Program-made: the position numbers and the translations under genes | In this document: positions 51,932-63,079 of the stretch, in pieces | Layout of the letters: the number at the start of each line of letters is the position of its first letter | Position numbering within the stretch: the stretch's first letter is position 1 | Source of the DNA: Solirubrobacterales bacterium | GTDB lineage: Bacteria; Actinomycetota; Thermoleophilia; Solirubrobacterales; Solirubrobacteraceae | DNA: 64,000 nt | Assembly: GCA_038255395.1 (NCBI GenBank) | Contig: JBBSLI010000009.1 | Coordinates: 26,556 to 90,555 of the forward strand | Direction of reading: 5' to 3' | The notes under the pieces: generated by a model | What the model saw: the letters and a program-made list of their open reading frames with translations, nothing else | Databases searched by the model: none | What the model was told of the DNA's origin: nothing

Positions 51932-53623
51932 GTGCGCTCCTCCACGGTCCGTGTACTGACGATGCTGCTCGTCGCCGGGCTCCTGCTCGCGGCGGCGCCC
52001 GCCACCGCGCAGGCGCCGCGTGCCGACGTCGTGCGGATCGCCTTCCCGCAGTACGACGGCGGTCTGACGCCGTACACGTTCGAGCTCGGCTACCCCCTCA
52101 TGACGCTCGTCTACGACACGCTCATGTGGCGCGACGAGCAGGGCGTGCCGCGGCCCTGGCTGGCGCGCTCGGTGCGGCGCAGCCGCGGCGGCCGGCGCAT
52201 CACGGTCCGGCTGCGGTCCGACGCGCGCTGGCACGACGGCCGGCCGGTGACCGCGCAGGACGTCGCGTTCACGCTGCGGCGGCTGACCAGCCGCTCGCAC
52301 CCGCGGTTCACGCCGCAGCTCACCGACGTGCGGGCGATCGCGGTCACCGACCGGCTGACGACGACGATCGACCTGCGCCGACCATCGCTGGGCTTCGAGG
52401 ACCAGCCGCTCGCCGATGTGCCGATCCTGCCGCGCCACCTGTGGAGCGAGCTGCCGGTCGGCCGGCGTGCGCCCGCGGGGCTCGCCGTCGGCAGCGGGCC
52501 CTACCGGCTCACGAGCGCGGGGCGCCGCGAGGGCTACGTCCTGCGCGCCAACGACCAGTACTTCCGCGGGACACCGCGCGTGCGCGAGCTGCGGGTGCCG
52601 ATCTTCGGCGACCTCCAGAAGACCTTCGACGCGCTGCGCGCGCGCGACATCGACATGGTCCCGCTGAGCCTCGCCGAGCGCGACGCCGATCGGCTCGCCG
52701 CGACGCTCGGCATCGGCGTGCGCCGCGGCCCGTCCTATGTCGGGACGTCGCTGCTGCTGAACCTGCGCAGCGCGCCGTTCGACGACCCGCGCGCCCGCCG
52801 GGCGGTCGCCGCCGCGCTCGAGCTGTCGCGGATCGCTCGCAACGTCGCCCCCGCACGGGCCGCCGTCGGCGGCTTCGTGCATCCCGCCTCGCGCTGGGCC
52901 GCCGCGGAGCCGGTGCACACCGCCGACGTGCCCGCCGCACGGCGAGCGCTGAGCGCGCTGCGCCTGCCCGCGATCCGGGTTCTGGCGCCCGAGCAGGATC
53001 CGGTCCGCGTCGAGGCCGGCCGCCAGGTCGTCCTCGCGCTGCGCCGCGCCGGCGCCGCGGCGACGCTCGTCGAGCTGCCATCCGCACAGCTCGGCAAGGC
53101 GATCGGCGAGGACGGCTCGCCGCCCCGTTTCGAGGCCGCGATCACGAGCATCACGCCGCTCGTGTCGCACGATCCCGACTACCTGCGCGCGCTCTTCGGC
53201 TCCGCGCCGGCCGCTGCGCCGCTGAACCTCGCCGGGTACCGCAGCGCGGCCTTCGACACCGCGGCGCGGCGCGTGGCGGACGCCCCGACGGTGGCCGCGC
53301 GCCGGGCTGCGGTCGCCGAGGAGCTGCGCCTGCTCGCGCGCGACGCGCCCGCGATCCCACTGTTCTTCTCCGACGGCGCGTTCGCCTTCCGCAGCGAGAT
53401 CTACGACGGCTGGACGTTCATGAAGGGCAGCGGCATCCTCGACAAGCGCTCGCTGCTGCCCGGGGCGGCGGCGGCGCCCCCGTCCGACGAGCCCGTGGCC
53501 GAGCCCGTCGCCGGCGAGCGGTCCGGCGATGGGCTCAGCCTGCTGAACGTCGTCTCGCTCGTGCTGCTCGGCGGTATCGCCCTGCTGGGGGTGTACGCGC
53601 TCGTCCAGCGGCGCCGGACCTGA
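51932..53623 (+). CDS. family-5 ABC-type solute-binding protein (peptide/nickel class) with an unusual C-terminal TM anchor; orphan
   Basis: SBP_bac_5-like core (PYTFELGYPLMTLVYDTLMWRDEQG.PRPWLA, RWHDGRPVTAQDV.FTL, GSGPYRL). The signal peptide starts at GTG 51932 (VRSSTVRVLTMLLVAGLLLAAAPATAQA). The C-terminus is LSLLNVVSLVLLGGIALLGVYALVQRRRT. No permease or ATPase genes are nearby. Confidence 0.65.
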   Translation: MRSSTVRVLTMLLVAGLLLAAAPATAQAPRADVVRIAFPQYDGGLTPYTFELGYPLMTLVYDTLMWRDEQGVPRPWLARSVRRSRGGRRITVRLRSDARWHDGRPVTAQDVAFTLRRLTSRSHPRFTPQLTDVRAIAVTDRLTTTIDLRRPSLGFEDQPLADVPILPRHLWSELPVGRRAPAGLAVGSGPYRLTSAGRREGYVLRANDQYFRGTPRVRELRVPIFGDLQKTFDALRARDIDMVPLSLAERDADRLAATLGIGVRRGPSYVGTSLLLNLRSAPFDDPRARRAVAAALELSRIARNVAPARAAVGGFVHPASRWAAAEPVHTADVPAARRALSALRLPAIRVLAPEQDPVRVEAGRQVVLALRRAGAAATLVELPSAQLGKAIGEDGSPPRFEAAITSITPLVSHDPDYLRALFGSAPAAAPLNLAGYRSAAFDTAARRVADAPTVAARRAAVAEELRLLARDAPAIPLFFSDGAFAFRSEIYDGWTFMKGSGILDKRSLLPGAAAAPPSDEPVAEPVAGERSGDGLSLLNVVSLVLLGGIALLGVYALVQRRRT

Positions 53624-53684
53624 CGCCGCGCCGCGCTCCCGAGCGGCCGACGGGTTTGTCGCGCGCGATGGGTACGTTGCTCGC

Positions 53685-55420
53685 ATGCCGGCGGCGAACG
53701 AGCCCGAACCATGGGAGCAGGCGCTCGGCGCCACCCCGCTCGGCGGCGGCGTCGTGGAGTTCCGCGTCTGGGCCCTGCACGACGATCTCGTCGAGGTCCG
53801 CGTCGGCGGGCAGCGCCACCGGCTGAGCCCCGTCGGCGGCGGCGTGCACGAGGGCCGCGTCGCCGCGCGCGCGGGCGAGGACTACATGTACGTCCTCGGT
53901 GCAGGCGCAACCCTTCCCGATCCCGCGTCGCGCCACCAGCCTGCGGGCCTGCGCGGCCCCTCGCGGATCGTCGCCCCCGCGTCGTTCGCCTGGACCGACG
54001 AGGACTTCGCGCCGCACGAGCTGCGCGACCTCGTCATCTACGAGCTGCACGTCGGCGCGTTCACCGGCGAGGGCACGTTCGAGTCCGCGATCGAGCACCT
54101 GCCGGCGCTCGCGCAGCTCGGCGTCACCGCGATCGAGGTCATGCCGATCGCCGAGTTCCCGGGTCGGCGCGGCTGGGGCTACGACGGCGTCTACCTCTCC
54201 GCCGCGCAGTCCAGCTACGGCGGGCCGCTCGGCTTCCAGCGCTTCGTCGACGGCGCCCACGCGGCCGGCCTGAGCGTGATCCTCGACGTCGTCTACAACC
54301 ACGTCGGCGCGTCGGGCAACCAGGCCCTCGCCGCCTTCGGCCCCTACTTCACCGAGCGCTACTCGACGTTCTGGGGCCAGGCGATCAACTACGACGACGA
54401 GCACTCCGAGCCGGTCCGCGAGTGGGTGCTGCAGTCCGCCGAGGGCTGGATGCGCGACTTCCACGTCGACGGCCTGCGCCTCGACGCGATCCACGCGATC
54501 TACGACACCGGCGCCACCCCGATCATGGCCCAGCTCGCCGAGCGCGTGCACGCCGCCCGCGCCGGGGCGCTCGTGATCGCCGAGTCGGGCCTCAACGATC
54601 CCAAGGTCATCCGCCCGCGCGAGCTCGGCGGCTTCGGCCACGACGCCCAGTGGGCCGACGACTTCCACCACGCGCTGCGCGTCCTGCTGACCGGCGACAC
54701 CGGCGGCTACTACACCGAGTTCGGAGCGGTCGCCGATCTCGCCAAGGCGTTCCGGCGCCCGTTCGTGCACGACGGCCAGTACTCGGCGTTTCGCAAGCGC
54801 CGCTTCGGCGCCCCCGCCGACGACCGCGAGCCACCGCAGTTCGTCGTCTTCGACCAGAACCACGACCAGGTCGGAAACCGCGCCTTCGGCGATCGCCTGC
54901 CCGCGCAGGCGCGCCCGCTGGCGGCGTTCTGCACGCTGCTGTCGCCGTTCACGCCGATGCTCTTCATGGGCGAGGAGTACGGCGAGCCCGCACCGTTTCA
55001 GTTCTTCTCGGACCACATCGACGAGGAGATCGCGACCGCCACGCGCGACGGGCGCCGGCGCGAGTTCGCCGCCTTCGCCGAGTTCGCGGGCGAGGAGGTG
55101 CCCGACCCGCAGGACCCGGCGACGTTCGAGCGCTCCAGGCTCACGCGCGAGCGCGACGAGGAGCTCGCGCAGCTGTACGCCACACTGCTGCAGGTGCGCA
55201 GGCAGCTTCCCGACGACGAGGTCGTCACCGACTTCGACGAAGCCGCCCGCTGGCTGGTCGTCGATCGCGGCGCCTACCGGCTGGCCTGCAACTTCTCCGG
55301 CGAGGCGCAGGCGATCCCCGGCGGAGCGGCCCGTACCGAGGTCGTCCTCGCCACCAGCGGTGAGCCCACACTCAATGACGGCGCGGTCCTTCTGGCGCCC
55401 CTGTCAGGAGCACTGATCCG

Positions 55421-55424
<4 letters not shown>
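53685..55424 (+). CDS. treZ: malto-oligosyltrehalose trehalohydrolase
   Basis: 579 aa: FRVWA......V, IYELHVGAFT.EGTF, GVTAIE.MP, WGYDGV, VILDVVYNH.G, GLRLDA.HA, DQNHDQVGNR. Confidence 0.85.
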
Positions 55425-57572
<2,148 letters not shown>

Positions 57573-57580
<8 letters not shown>

Positions 57581-59618
57581 CCTGCGCGCGACCTACCGCC
57601 TGCAGCTCGGCCCGAACCTGCGCTTCGACGACGTTCGCGCGCTCGTGCCCTACCTGAAGGACCTCGGCGTCAGCCACCTGTACCTGTCGCCGTCGCTGAC
57701 GGCCCGGTCGGGCTCGACGCACGGCTACGACGTCGTCGACCCGACGACCGTGTCGGAGTCGCTCGGCGGCGAGGACGGCCTGCGGACGTTGGCGGGGGCA
57801 GGACTGAAGATCATCCTCGACATCGTCCCCAACCACATGGGGACGGGTGACGAGAACCGCTGGTGGGCCGATGAGGCCGAGCGCGTGCGCGTCTTCGACG
57901 TCGATCCCGAGACCGGCCACTACCGGCGCTTCTTCGACATCGACGACCTCGCCGGCGTGCGCGTCGAGGACCCCGAGGTGTTCGAGCTGACCCATGCGAA
58001 GGTGCTGTCGCTGCTGCGCGACGGCGTCATCGACGGGCTGCGGATCGACCATCCCGACGGGCTCGCGGACCCCGCCGGCTATCTCGAGCGGCTTGCCGCC
58101 GCCGGCGCCGCGCGCGTCTGGGTCGAGAAGATCCTGATCGGGGGCGAGATCATGCGCGACTGGCCCGTCTCGGGCACCGTCGGCTACGAGTTCCTCAACG
58201 ACGTGCAGGGGCTGTTCGTCGACCCGGGCGCGGAGGAGGCGCTCACGACGCTGCACCACGAGCTGACCGGCGATCCACGCTGCTTCGACGAGGTCGCGCT
58301 GCAGGCGCAGCTCGAGCAGGCCCGCGGGACGTTCGCGCGCGAGGTCGACCGGCTGCGGCGCCTGCACGACCCGGGCGAGCTGGAGCAGGCGCTCGCGCGG
58401 CTGCCGGTGTACCGGACCTATGTCAAGGACGGCGTCGTCGATGACGACGACCGGCACGCGCTGGACGTCGCCGGGCGTCCCGACCTGTTCGACGGTGCGC
58501 CGCCGGAGTTCGTCTCGCGCTTTCAGCAGACGTCGCCGCCCGTCACCGCGAAGGGGATCGAGGACACGGCCTTCTATCGCTATGTGCGCCTGCTGGCGCT
58601 CAACGACGTCGGCGGCGATCCGGGGCGCTGGGGCGTGTCCGTCGACGAGTTCCACGCCGCCAACGCGGAGCGCGCGCGCCGCTTCCCCGAGGCGCTGCTC
58701 GTCACGCAGACGCACGACACGAAGCGCTCGGGCGACGCGCGGGCGCGCATCGGCGCGCTGAGCGCCATGGCCGAGGCGTGGTCGACGTGCGTGCGGCGCT
58801 GGTATGAGCTGACCGACGAGCTCGTCGTCGGCGGAGCGGGTGGGCGGGCGGGTGGGCGGGCGGGTGGGCGGGCACCGGATTCCCAGGAGCGCTACCTCAT
58901 CTTCCAGACCCTCGTCGCCGTGTGGCCGATCAGCGAAGAGCGGCTGACCGGCTACCTGGAGAAGGCGCTGCGCGAGGCCAAGCGCAACACGAACTGGGTC
59001 GACCAGAACCACGACTGGGAGCAGCGCGTCCAGGCGTTCGCCGTCGCGCTGCTGACCCACGAGCCGTTCCTGCGGTCCTTCGAGCCGTTCGTGGCCGAGG
59101 TGGCGGCGGCCGGCGAGCGCTCGGCGCTGGGCCAGCTGCTGCTGAAGCTCACCGTGCCCGGCGTGCCCGACGTCTACCAGGGCGACGAGCTGATCGACCT
59201 GTCGCTCGTCGATCCCGACAACCGCCGGCCGGTGGACTGGGACGCGCGCCGGACGGCGCTGTCGGCGCTGCGCGGCGGCGCGGCGCCGACGCGGGCGACG
59301 ATGAAGCTGCACGTCATCGAGCGGGCGCTCGCGCTGCGCGCGCGGCGGCCCGAGGTCTTCGGCCCGGGCAGCGTCTACACGCCCGTCGTCGCGGGGGTGG
59401 ATGTGTGCGCGTACACGCGCAGCGCGGCGGCCGGCGAGGACGGTGGTGGCGTGCTCGTCGTGGTGGCGCTGCGCGGGCCCGTCGAGGGCGTGTCGATCGA
59501 GCCCGCGCCCGGGCGCTACCGCGACGTGCTGAGCGGTCGAGAGCACGAGCTCGACGGTCCTGTCGCGGTCTGTGACCTCACCGAGCCGCACGGCATCGCG
59601 CTGCTCGAGCGGGTCTGA
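57573..59618 (+). CDS. treY: malto-oligosyltrehalose synthase
   Basis: 681 aa: ATYRLQL...F.F.D...LVPYL..LGVSHLYLSP...A..GSTHGYDV.DP, DIVPNHM, GLRIDHPDGL.DP, TAKG.EDTAFYRY, THDTKRS.D.RAR, VPDVYQG.E. 8-nt overlap with glgX. Confidence 0.85.
58838..58873 (+). repeat. perfect 3 x 12-bp tandem repeat GGGTGGGCGGGC inside treY (encodes GGRAGGRAGGRA)
   Basis: Read directly from the sequence: nine consecutive GGG runs separated by single nucleotides on the sense strand. Confidence 0.9.
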
Positions 59619-59639
59619 CGGCTCCGCCGAAGCGGTCGC

Positions 59640-60671
59640 TCAGCTGCCGCGCAGCGCGCCGGCGCCGAGGTGGTCGAGCAGGCCGACCGCGCGCGGGTCG
59701 GCGTCGTCGTCGATCACGATCGCGCCGCCGGGCCAGTAGGGATGCGGCGGTCGCGCGCGGTGCAGCAGGACCGGCTCGTAGACCCAGGCGCCCGTGTTCG
59801 CGATCCGTGGCCGCCCGCCGGGCCCGCTCCACGACGCGGGGTTGTCCGCCGCCAGCGGGCCGCGGCGATGGACGTGACCGAAGATCACCCAGTCCGCGTC
59901 GACGCCGAGCCGCTGGGTCACACGCGCGAGCGCCGGAATGCTCGCCCGCAGCATCTGCACGCCGAGCAGCGACGACGTCAGCCGCGCCATCCGCGGGTTC
60001 AGCAGGCGCCGGCGGACCGCGGGCATCGTCGCCACCCGCAGCAACTCGACGAGATCGTCCACGAGCGCCGCCAGCGGACGCGGCAGCCGTCGCGCGAGCA
60101 CGGACTCGATCCGCGTGACCGACGGCCCGCCGCTGCGCTCGTACTCCGCGGGCGTCGCCCCGTGATGGGGAAGGCGGCCGAGCAGCCCGCGCGCGATCCC
60201 GAATGCGTGCTCGGGCAGCAGGTGACGGTCGAGGTAGTGGCCATGCGTCGCCCAGACGCGATCTGACAGCCAGACGCCCGGATAGCGGACGCGCACCTGC
60301 GCCGGCGCGAGCGACGAGACGACCTGCGCGAGCAGCGCCGTCGCACCGGCCGGCACGGCGGCGTCAAGCGCCGATGGAACTCCGGCGCGCTGCATCCACG
60401 GTGCGATCAGCGCACGGTCGTGGTTGCCCGGCACGAGGATGATCTCGCCGCCCGGTCCGATCCGCTCGCCGAGCGCGCGCAGCACCGGCTCGGCCGCCTC
60501 CACAGCGCGCTCGGGCGTCCCCTCCATCAGCTCCACGACGTCGCCGAGCAGGACGAGGCGCTGGACCCCGTCGAGGGCGCGCAGCAGCGCGGCGAGCGCC
60601 GCCGGGCGCCGCAGCACGTCGCGGTCCAGCCGGCGACCGAGATGCAGGTCGGAGATGACGAGGGTGCGCAT
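59640..60671 (-). CDS. calcineurin-like metallophosphoesterase
   Basis: 343 aa: MRTLVISDLHLG, LVLLGDVVE, VPGNHD, ATHGHY, IFGHVHR (the metallophosphoesterase motif series). Confidence 0.8.
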   Translation of the reverse strand: MRTLVISDLHLGRRLDRDVLRRPAALAALLRALDGVQRLVLLGDVVELMEGTPERAVEAAEPVLRALGERIGPGGEIILVPGNHDRALIAPWMQRAGVPSALDAAVPAGATALLAQVVSSLAPAQVRVRYPGVWLSDRVWATHGHYLDRHLLPEHAFGIARGLLGRLPHHGATPAEYERSGGPSVTRIESVLARRLPRPLAALVDDLVELLRVATMPAVRRRLLNPRMARLTSSLLGVQMLRASIPALARVTQRLGVDADWVIFGHVHRRGPLAADNPASWSGPGGRPRIANTGAWVYEPVLLHRARPPHPYWPGGAIVIDDDADPRAVGLLDHLGAGALRGS

Positions 60672-60687
60672 GGCGGTGGGGAAGAGT

Positions 60688-60693
60688 CATACT
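60688..60693 (+). promoter_or_regulatory. -10-like CATACT, 7 nt upstream of the GTG at 60701 (leaderless-type geometry)
   Basis: CATACTcgcccggGTG has the same spacing as TATAGTgcgcggcGTG at the S8 gene. The divergent spacer is only 29 bp. Confidence 0.3.
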
Positions 60694-60700
60694 CGCCCGG

Positions 60701-61306
60701 GTGAAATCCAAGCTCGCAGTCACCACCGTCGTCCTCGCTGCCGTGCTGGCGCCAAGCGCCGCCGGCAGCCCCACCGCAGACCTCAACTCCATCGCCCGCG
60801 ACTACTCGCGCGACGACAAGATCACGCCCTGCCGCTTCACGAAGGGCCAGCTCGAATCTGCCCGCTCGCAGATCTCGGAGGACATCGAGACCTACGCGAA
60901 GGGCATCCGCGCCGCGATCACGCGCGAGGTCAAGCGCTGGCGCGACGGCAAGTGCAAGGGCAAGGGCGCGGCCGCCAACCGGCTGCGGATCGTGACGGTC
61001 AAGGCCAAGGGCGGCGCGGGCAGGGAGTACGTGACGATCAAGAACATCGGCCGCAAGGCGGTCAGCCTGGGCGGCTTCGCCCTGCGCGACGCCGGCGACC
61101 ACACGCTGAAGTTCCGCTCGACGAAGCTCAGGGCGGGCTCGAAGCTGAAGGTCATCACGGGCTGTCGCGAGGGCCACAGGAGCGCCGTGCGGCGCGGCTC
61201 GAGCTACTACGTCTGCCGCCGCAACGAGGTCTGGGACGACACCGGCGACACCGTCGAGCTGCTCGGCAAGGGCGGCGGCCTGCTCGCCACGAGGACGTAC
61301 GGATGA
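60701..61306 (+). CDS. secreted protein with a C-terminal lamin-tail (LTD) domain
   Basis: 201 aa with a signal peptide. LRIVTVKAKGGAGREYVTIKNIGRKAVSLGGFALRDAGDHTLKF....L.AGSKLKV.TG...VWDDTGDTVELL matches the LTD pattern. Confidence 0.65.
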   Translation: MKSKLAVTTVVLAAVLAPSAAGSPTADLNSIARDYSRDDKITPCRFTKGQLESARSQISEDIETYAKGIRAAITREVKRWRDGKCKGKGAAANRLRIVTVKAKGGAGREYVTIKNIGRKAVSLGGFALRDAGDHTLKFRSTKLRAGSKLKVITGCREGHRSAVRRGSSYYVCRRNEVWDDTGDTVELLGKGGGLLATRTYG

Positions 61307-61313
61307 GGCGCGC

Positions 61314-61634
61314 GTGAGCGTCGTCAAGATCAACGCGATCACGGTCCCGCGCGAACGCTTCGAGGAGTTCGAGCAGCGCTTCGCAGCGCGGGCCGGCAAG
61401 GTCTCCAGCGCGGAGGGCTTCGAGGCCTTCGAGCTGCTGCGCCCCAACGACGACCGTGAGGTCTGCCTCGTGGTCACCCGCTGGCGCTCGGAGGAGGACT
61501 TCAAGGCCTGGCTGTCGGGGCCGGACTTCGCGGCCGGCCACGCGCAGCACCGCACCGGCGGGCCGGTCGGGACCGCCAGCGAGCTGTGGTCCTTCGACGT
61601 GCTCGAGCTCGAGGGACCGGCCGCCGGCGGGTGA
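61314..61634 (+). CDS. mhuD: IsdG/MhuD-type heme-degrading monooxygenase (ABM fold)
   Basis: 106 aa, MSVVKINAITVP...FEQRFA.RA..V....GF..F.LLRP......C.VVT.W.SEEDF.AW..GP.FAAGHAQHR. It aligns by eye along its whole length with M. tuberculosis MhuD, including the Asn7, Trp and His75 positions. Confidence 0.7.
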   Translation: MSVVKINAITVPRERFEEFEQRFAARAGKVSSAEGFEAFELLRPNDDREVCLVVTRWRSEEDFKAWLSGPDFAAGHAQHRTGGPVGTASELWSFDVLELEGPAAGG

Positions 61635-62497
61635 GGCTGCGCGCGCACGCGGCGCTCGCCGCGGTGCTGGGAGCGGGGGCGGCGGCCGTCGCGCTGCTCG
61701 CTGCGAACGCCGGAGCGGCGCAGACCGGGGGGACCGCGCCGGCGGCTGCGGCTCCGCCGGCGGCGCCCGCGGGGCCGAGCTTCTCACTGCTCGATCCGCG
61801 CGTCACCCCGGTGCAGGCGTACTTCGCCGGGCGTCGCGTGCAGATCAGCTTCGCCATCGATGCCGCCGGGCCGCTCGCGCTGCGGGTCGACGTCGTACGC
61901 GAGGCGACGCGCAGGCCGGTCGTGACGCTCGTCGCGCCCGTCGTCGCGCCCGCAACGGTCCAGCGCGTCGAGTGGGACGGGCGGACGGGCGCGGGCGCCG
62001 TGGCGCCCAACGGGCGCTACCGCATGCGCGTCGTCGCGGCCGACGGAACGGCCCGCAACGCCGGCCGCGTCGAGCTGCGCAGCCACATCTATCCGATCCG
62101 CGGGCGCCACGCCGACCGCGGACCGGTCGGCCGGTTCGGCGTCGGCAGAAACGGCGGGCGCACGCACGAGGGCTTCGACGTCGACGCCGCCTGCGGCGTG
62201 CCGATCGTGGCCGCTCGCGGCGGTGTCGTCCGGCGCGCGGAGCATGACCCGGCGCTCTACGGCAACCTCGTGATCATCCGCGGCGAGCGCACGCGGCGCG
62301 ACTACTGGTACGCCCACCTGCTGCGCAGCCCGCGCCTGCGGGTCGGCGATCGCGTCGCCACCGGGCAGCGGATCGGCTCGATCGGCGCGACCGGCAACGC
62401 CCGCACGATCGGCTGCCACCTGCACTTCGAGATCCGCTCCGACGGCCGGCCGATCGACCCCGCGCCGGAGCTGCGCGCCTGGGACGGGTGGAGCTGA
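61631..62497 (+). CDS. secreted M23 family metallopeptidase with a FlgD-Ig-like N-terminal domain
   Basis: GTG at 61631 (GTGA overlap) with a signal peptide. VEWDGRTGAGAVAPNGRYRMRV is FlgD_ig-like. HEGFDVDAACGVPIVAARGGVV...YAHL...G..IG.IG.TGNA...HLHFEI is the M23 pattern (HxxxD...HxH). Confidence 0.8.
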   Translation: MRLRAHAALAAVLGAGAAAVALLAANAGAAQTGGTAPAAAAPPAAPAGPSFSLLDPRVTPVQAYFAGRRVQISFAIDAAGPLALRVDVVREATRRPVVTLVAPVVAPATVQRVEWDGRTGAGAVAPNGRYRMRVVAADGTARNAGRVELRSHIYPIRGRHADRGPVGRFGVGRNGGRTHEGFDVDAACGVPIVAARGGVVRRAEHDPALYGNLVIIRGERTRRDYWYAHLLRSPRLRVGDRVATGQRIGSIGATGNARTIGCHLHFEIRSDGRPIDPAPELRAWDGWS

Positions 62498-63079
62498 CGG
62501 GCTTCCTCGATCTGCACGCGCCGTGCTACGGAGCACTAGTGGCTAGCGAGCGAGCCTGATACCGCCGAGCATCGGGCGCGGTCGTAGTAGGTCTTGTGTG
62601 AGCATCGGCCGCGGCCGATGTGACGCATCGGTGAGGCGCGCCGATCACCGTCACGCAGGCAGAACCTGCATCGATGAGTGGGTGGGCGTTCGTGCTGGCG
62701 GCCGTCGCGCTGGGGCCGGCCCCCGGGGTGGCGTGTCGTGAACGTGTTCTATGCGAACACCTTCGCGACACGGCTGCGCAGCCAGCGGGCACGCCGAGCC
62801 GTAGCAGCGCGTTTGTGCTTGCAACAGCAAACGCCGCAACTGCGGCGTGGTGTGTCCGTCACTGCTGCACGTCTGCGGACCGCGCATGCGCCGAGCACCT
62901 CGGCGCGCCAGCGCGCGTGATCGGCCGCAAGCGTCCAGCGATCCTCTCGACGATGCCGTTCTGCCTGCCCCAGGCGATCGCGATCTGCCCGGCCGGCGGG
63001 TGCGCGAACGCCCGGGCCGCGCATCGGCAAGAACGATGACGCGTTTGTGCAGCGTCTGACGACCAAGCGGAGCTAGTTG

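Noticed and set aside
62674-63039. The plus-strand 121-aa ORF with a signal-like N-terminus (MSGWAFVLAAVALGPAPG) and several Cys, as a small secreted Cys-rich protein
   Set aside because: It has no RBS, mixed codon third-position GC and Ala/Arg-rich composition, and several equally long overlapping ORFs on both strands. It cannot be supported without expression or homology data and is kept only as part of the unexplained-region finding.
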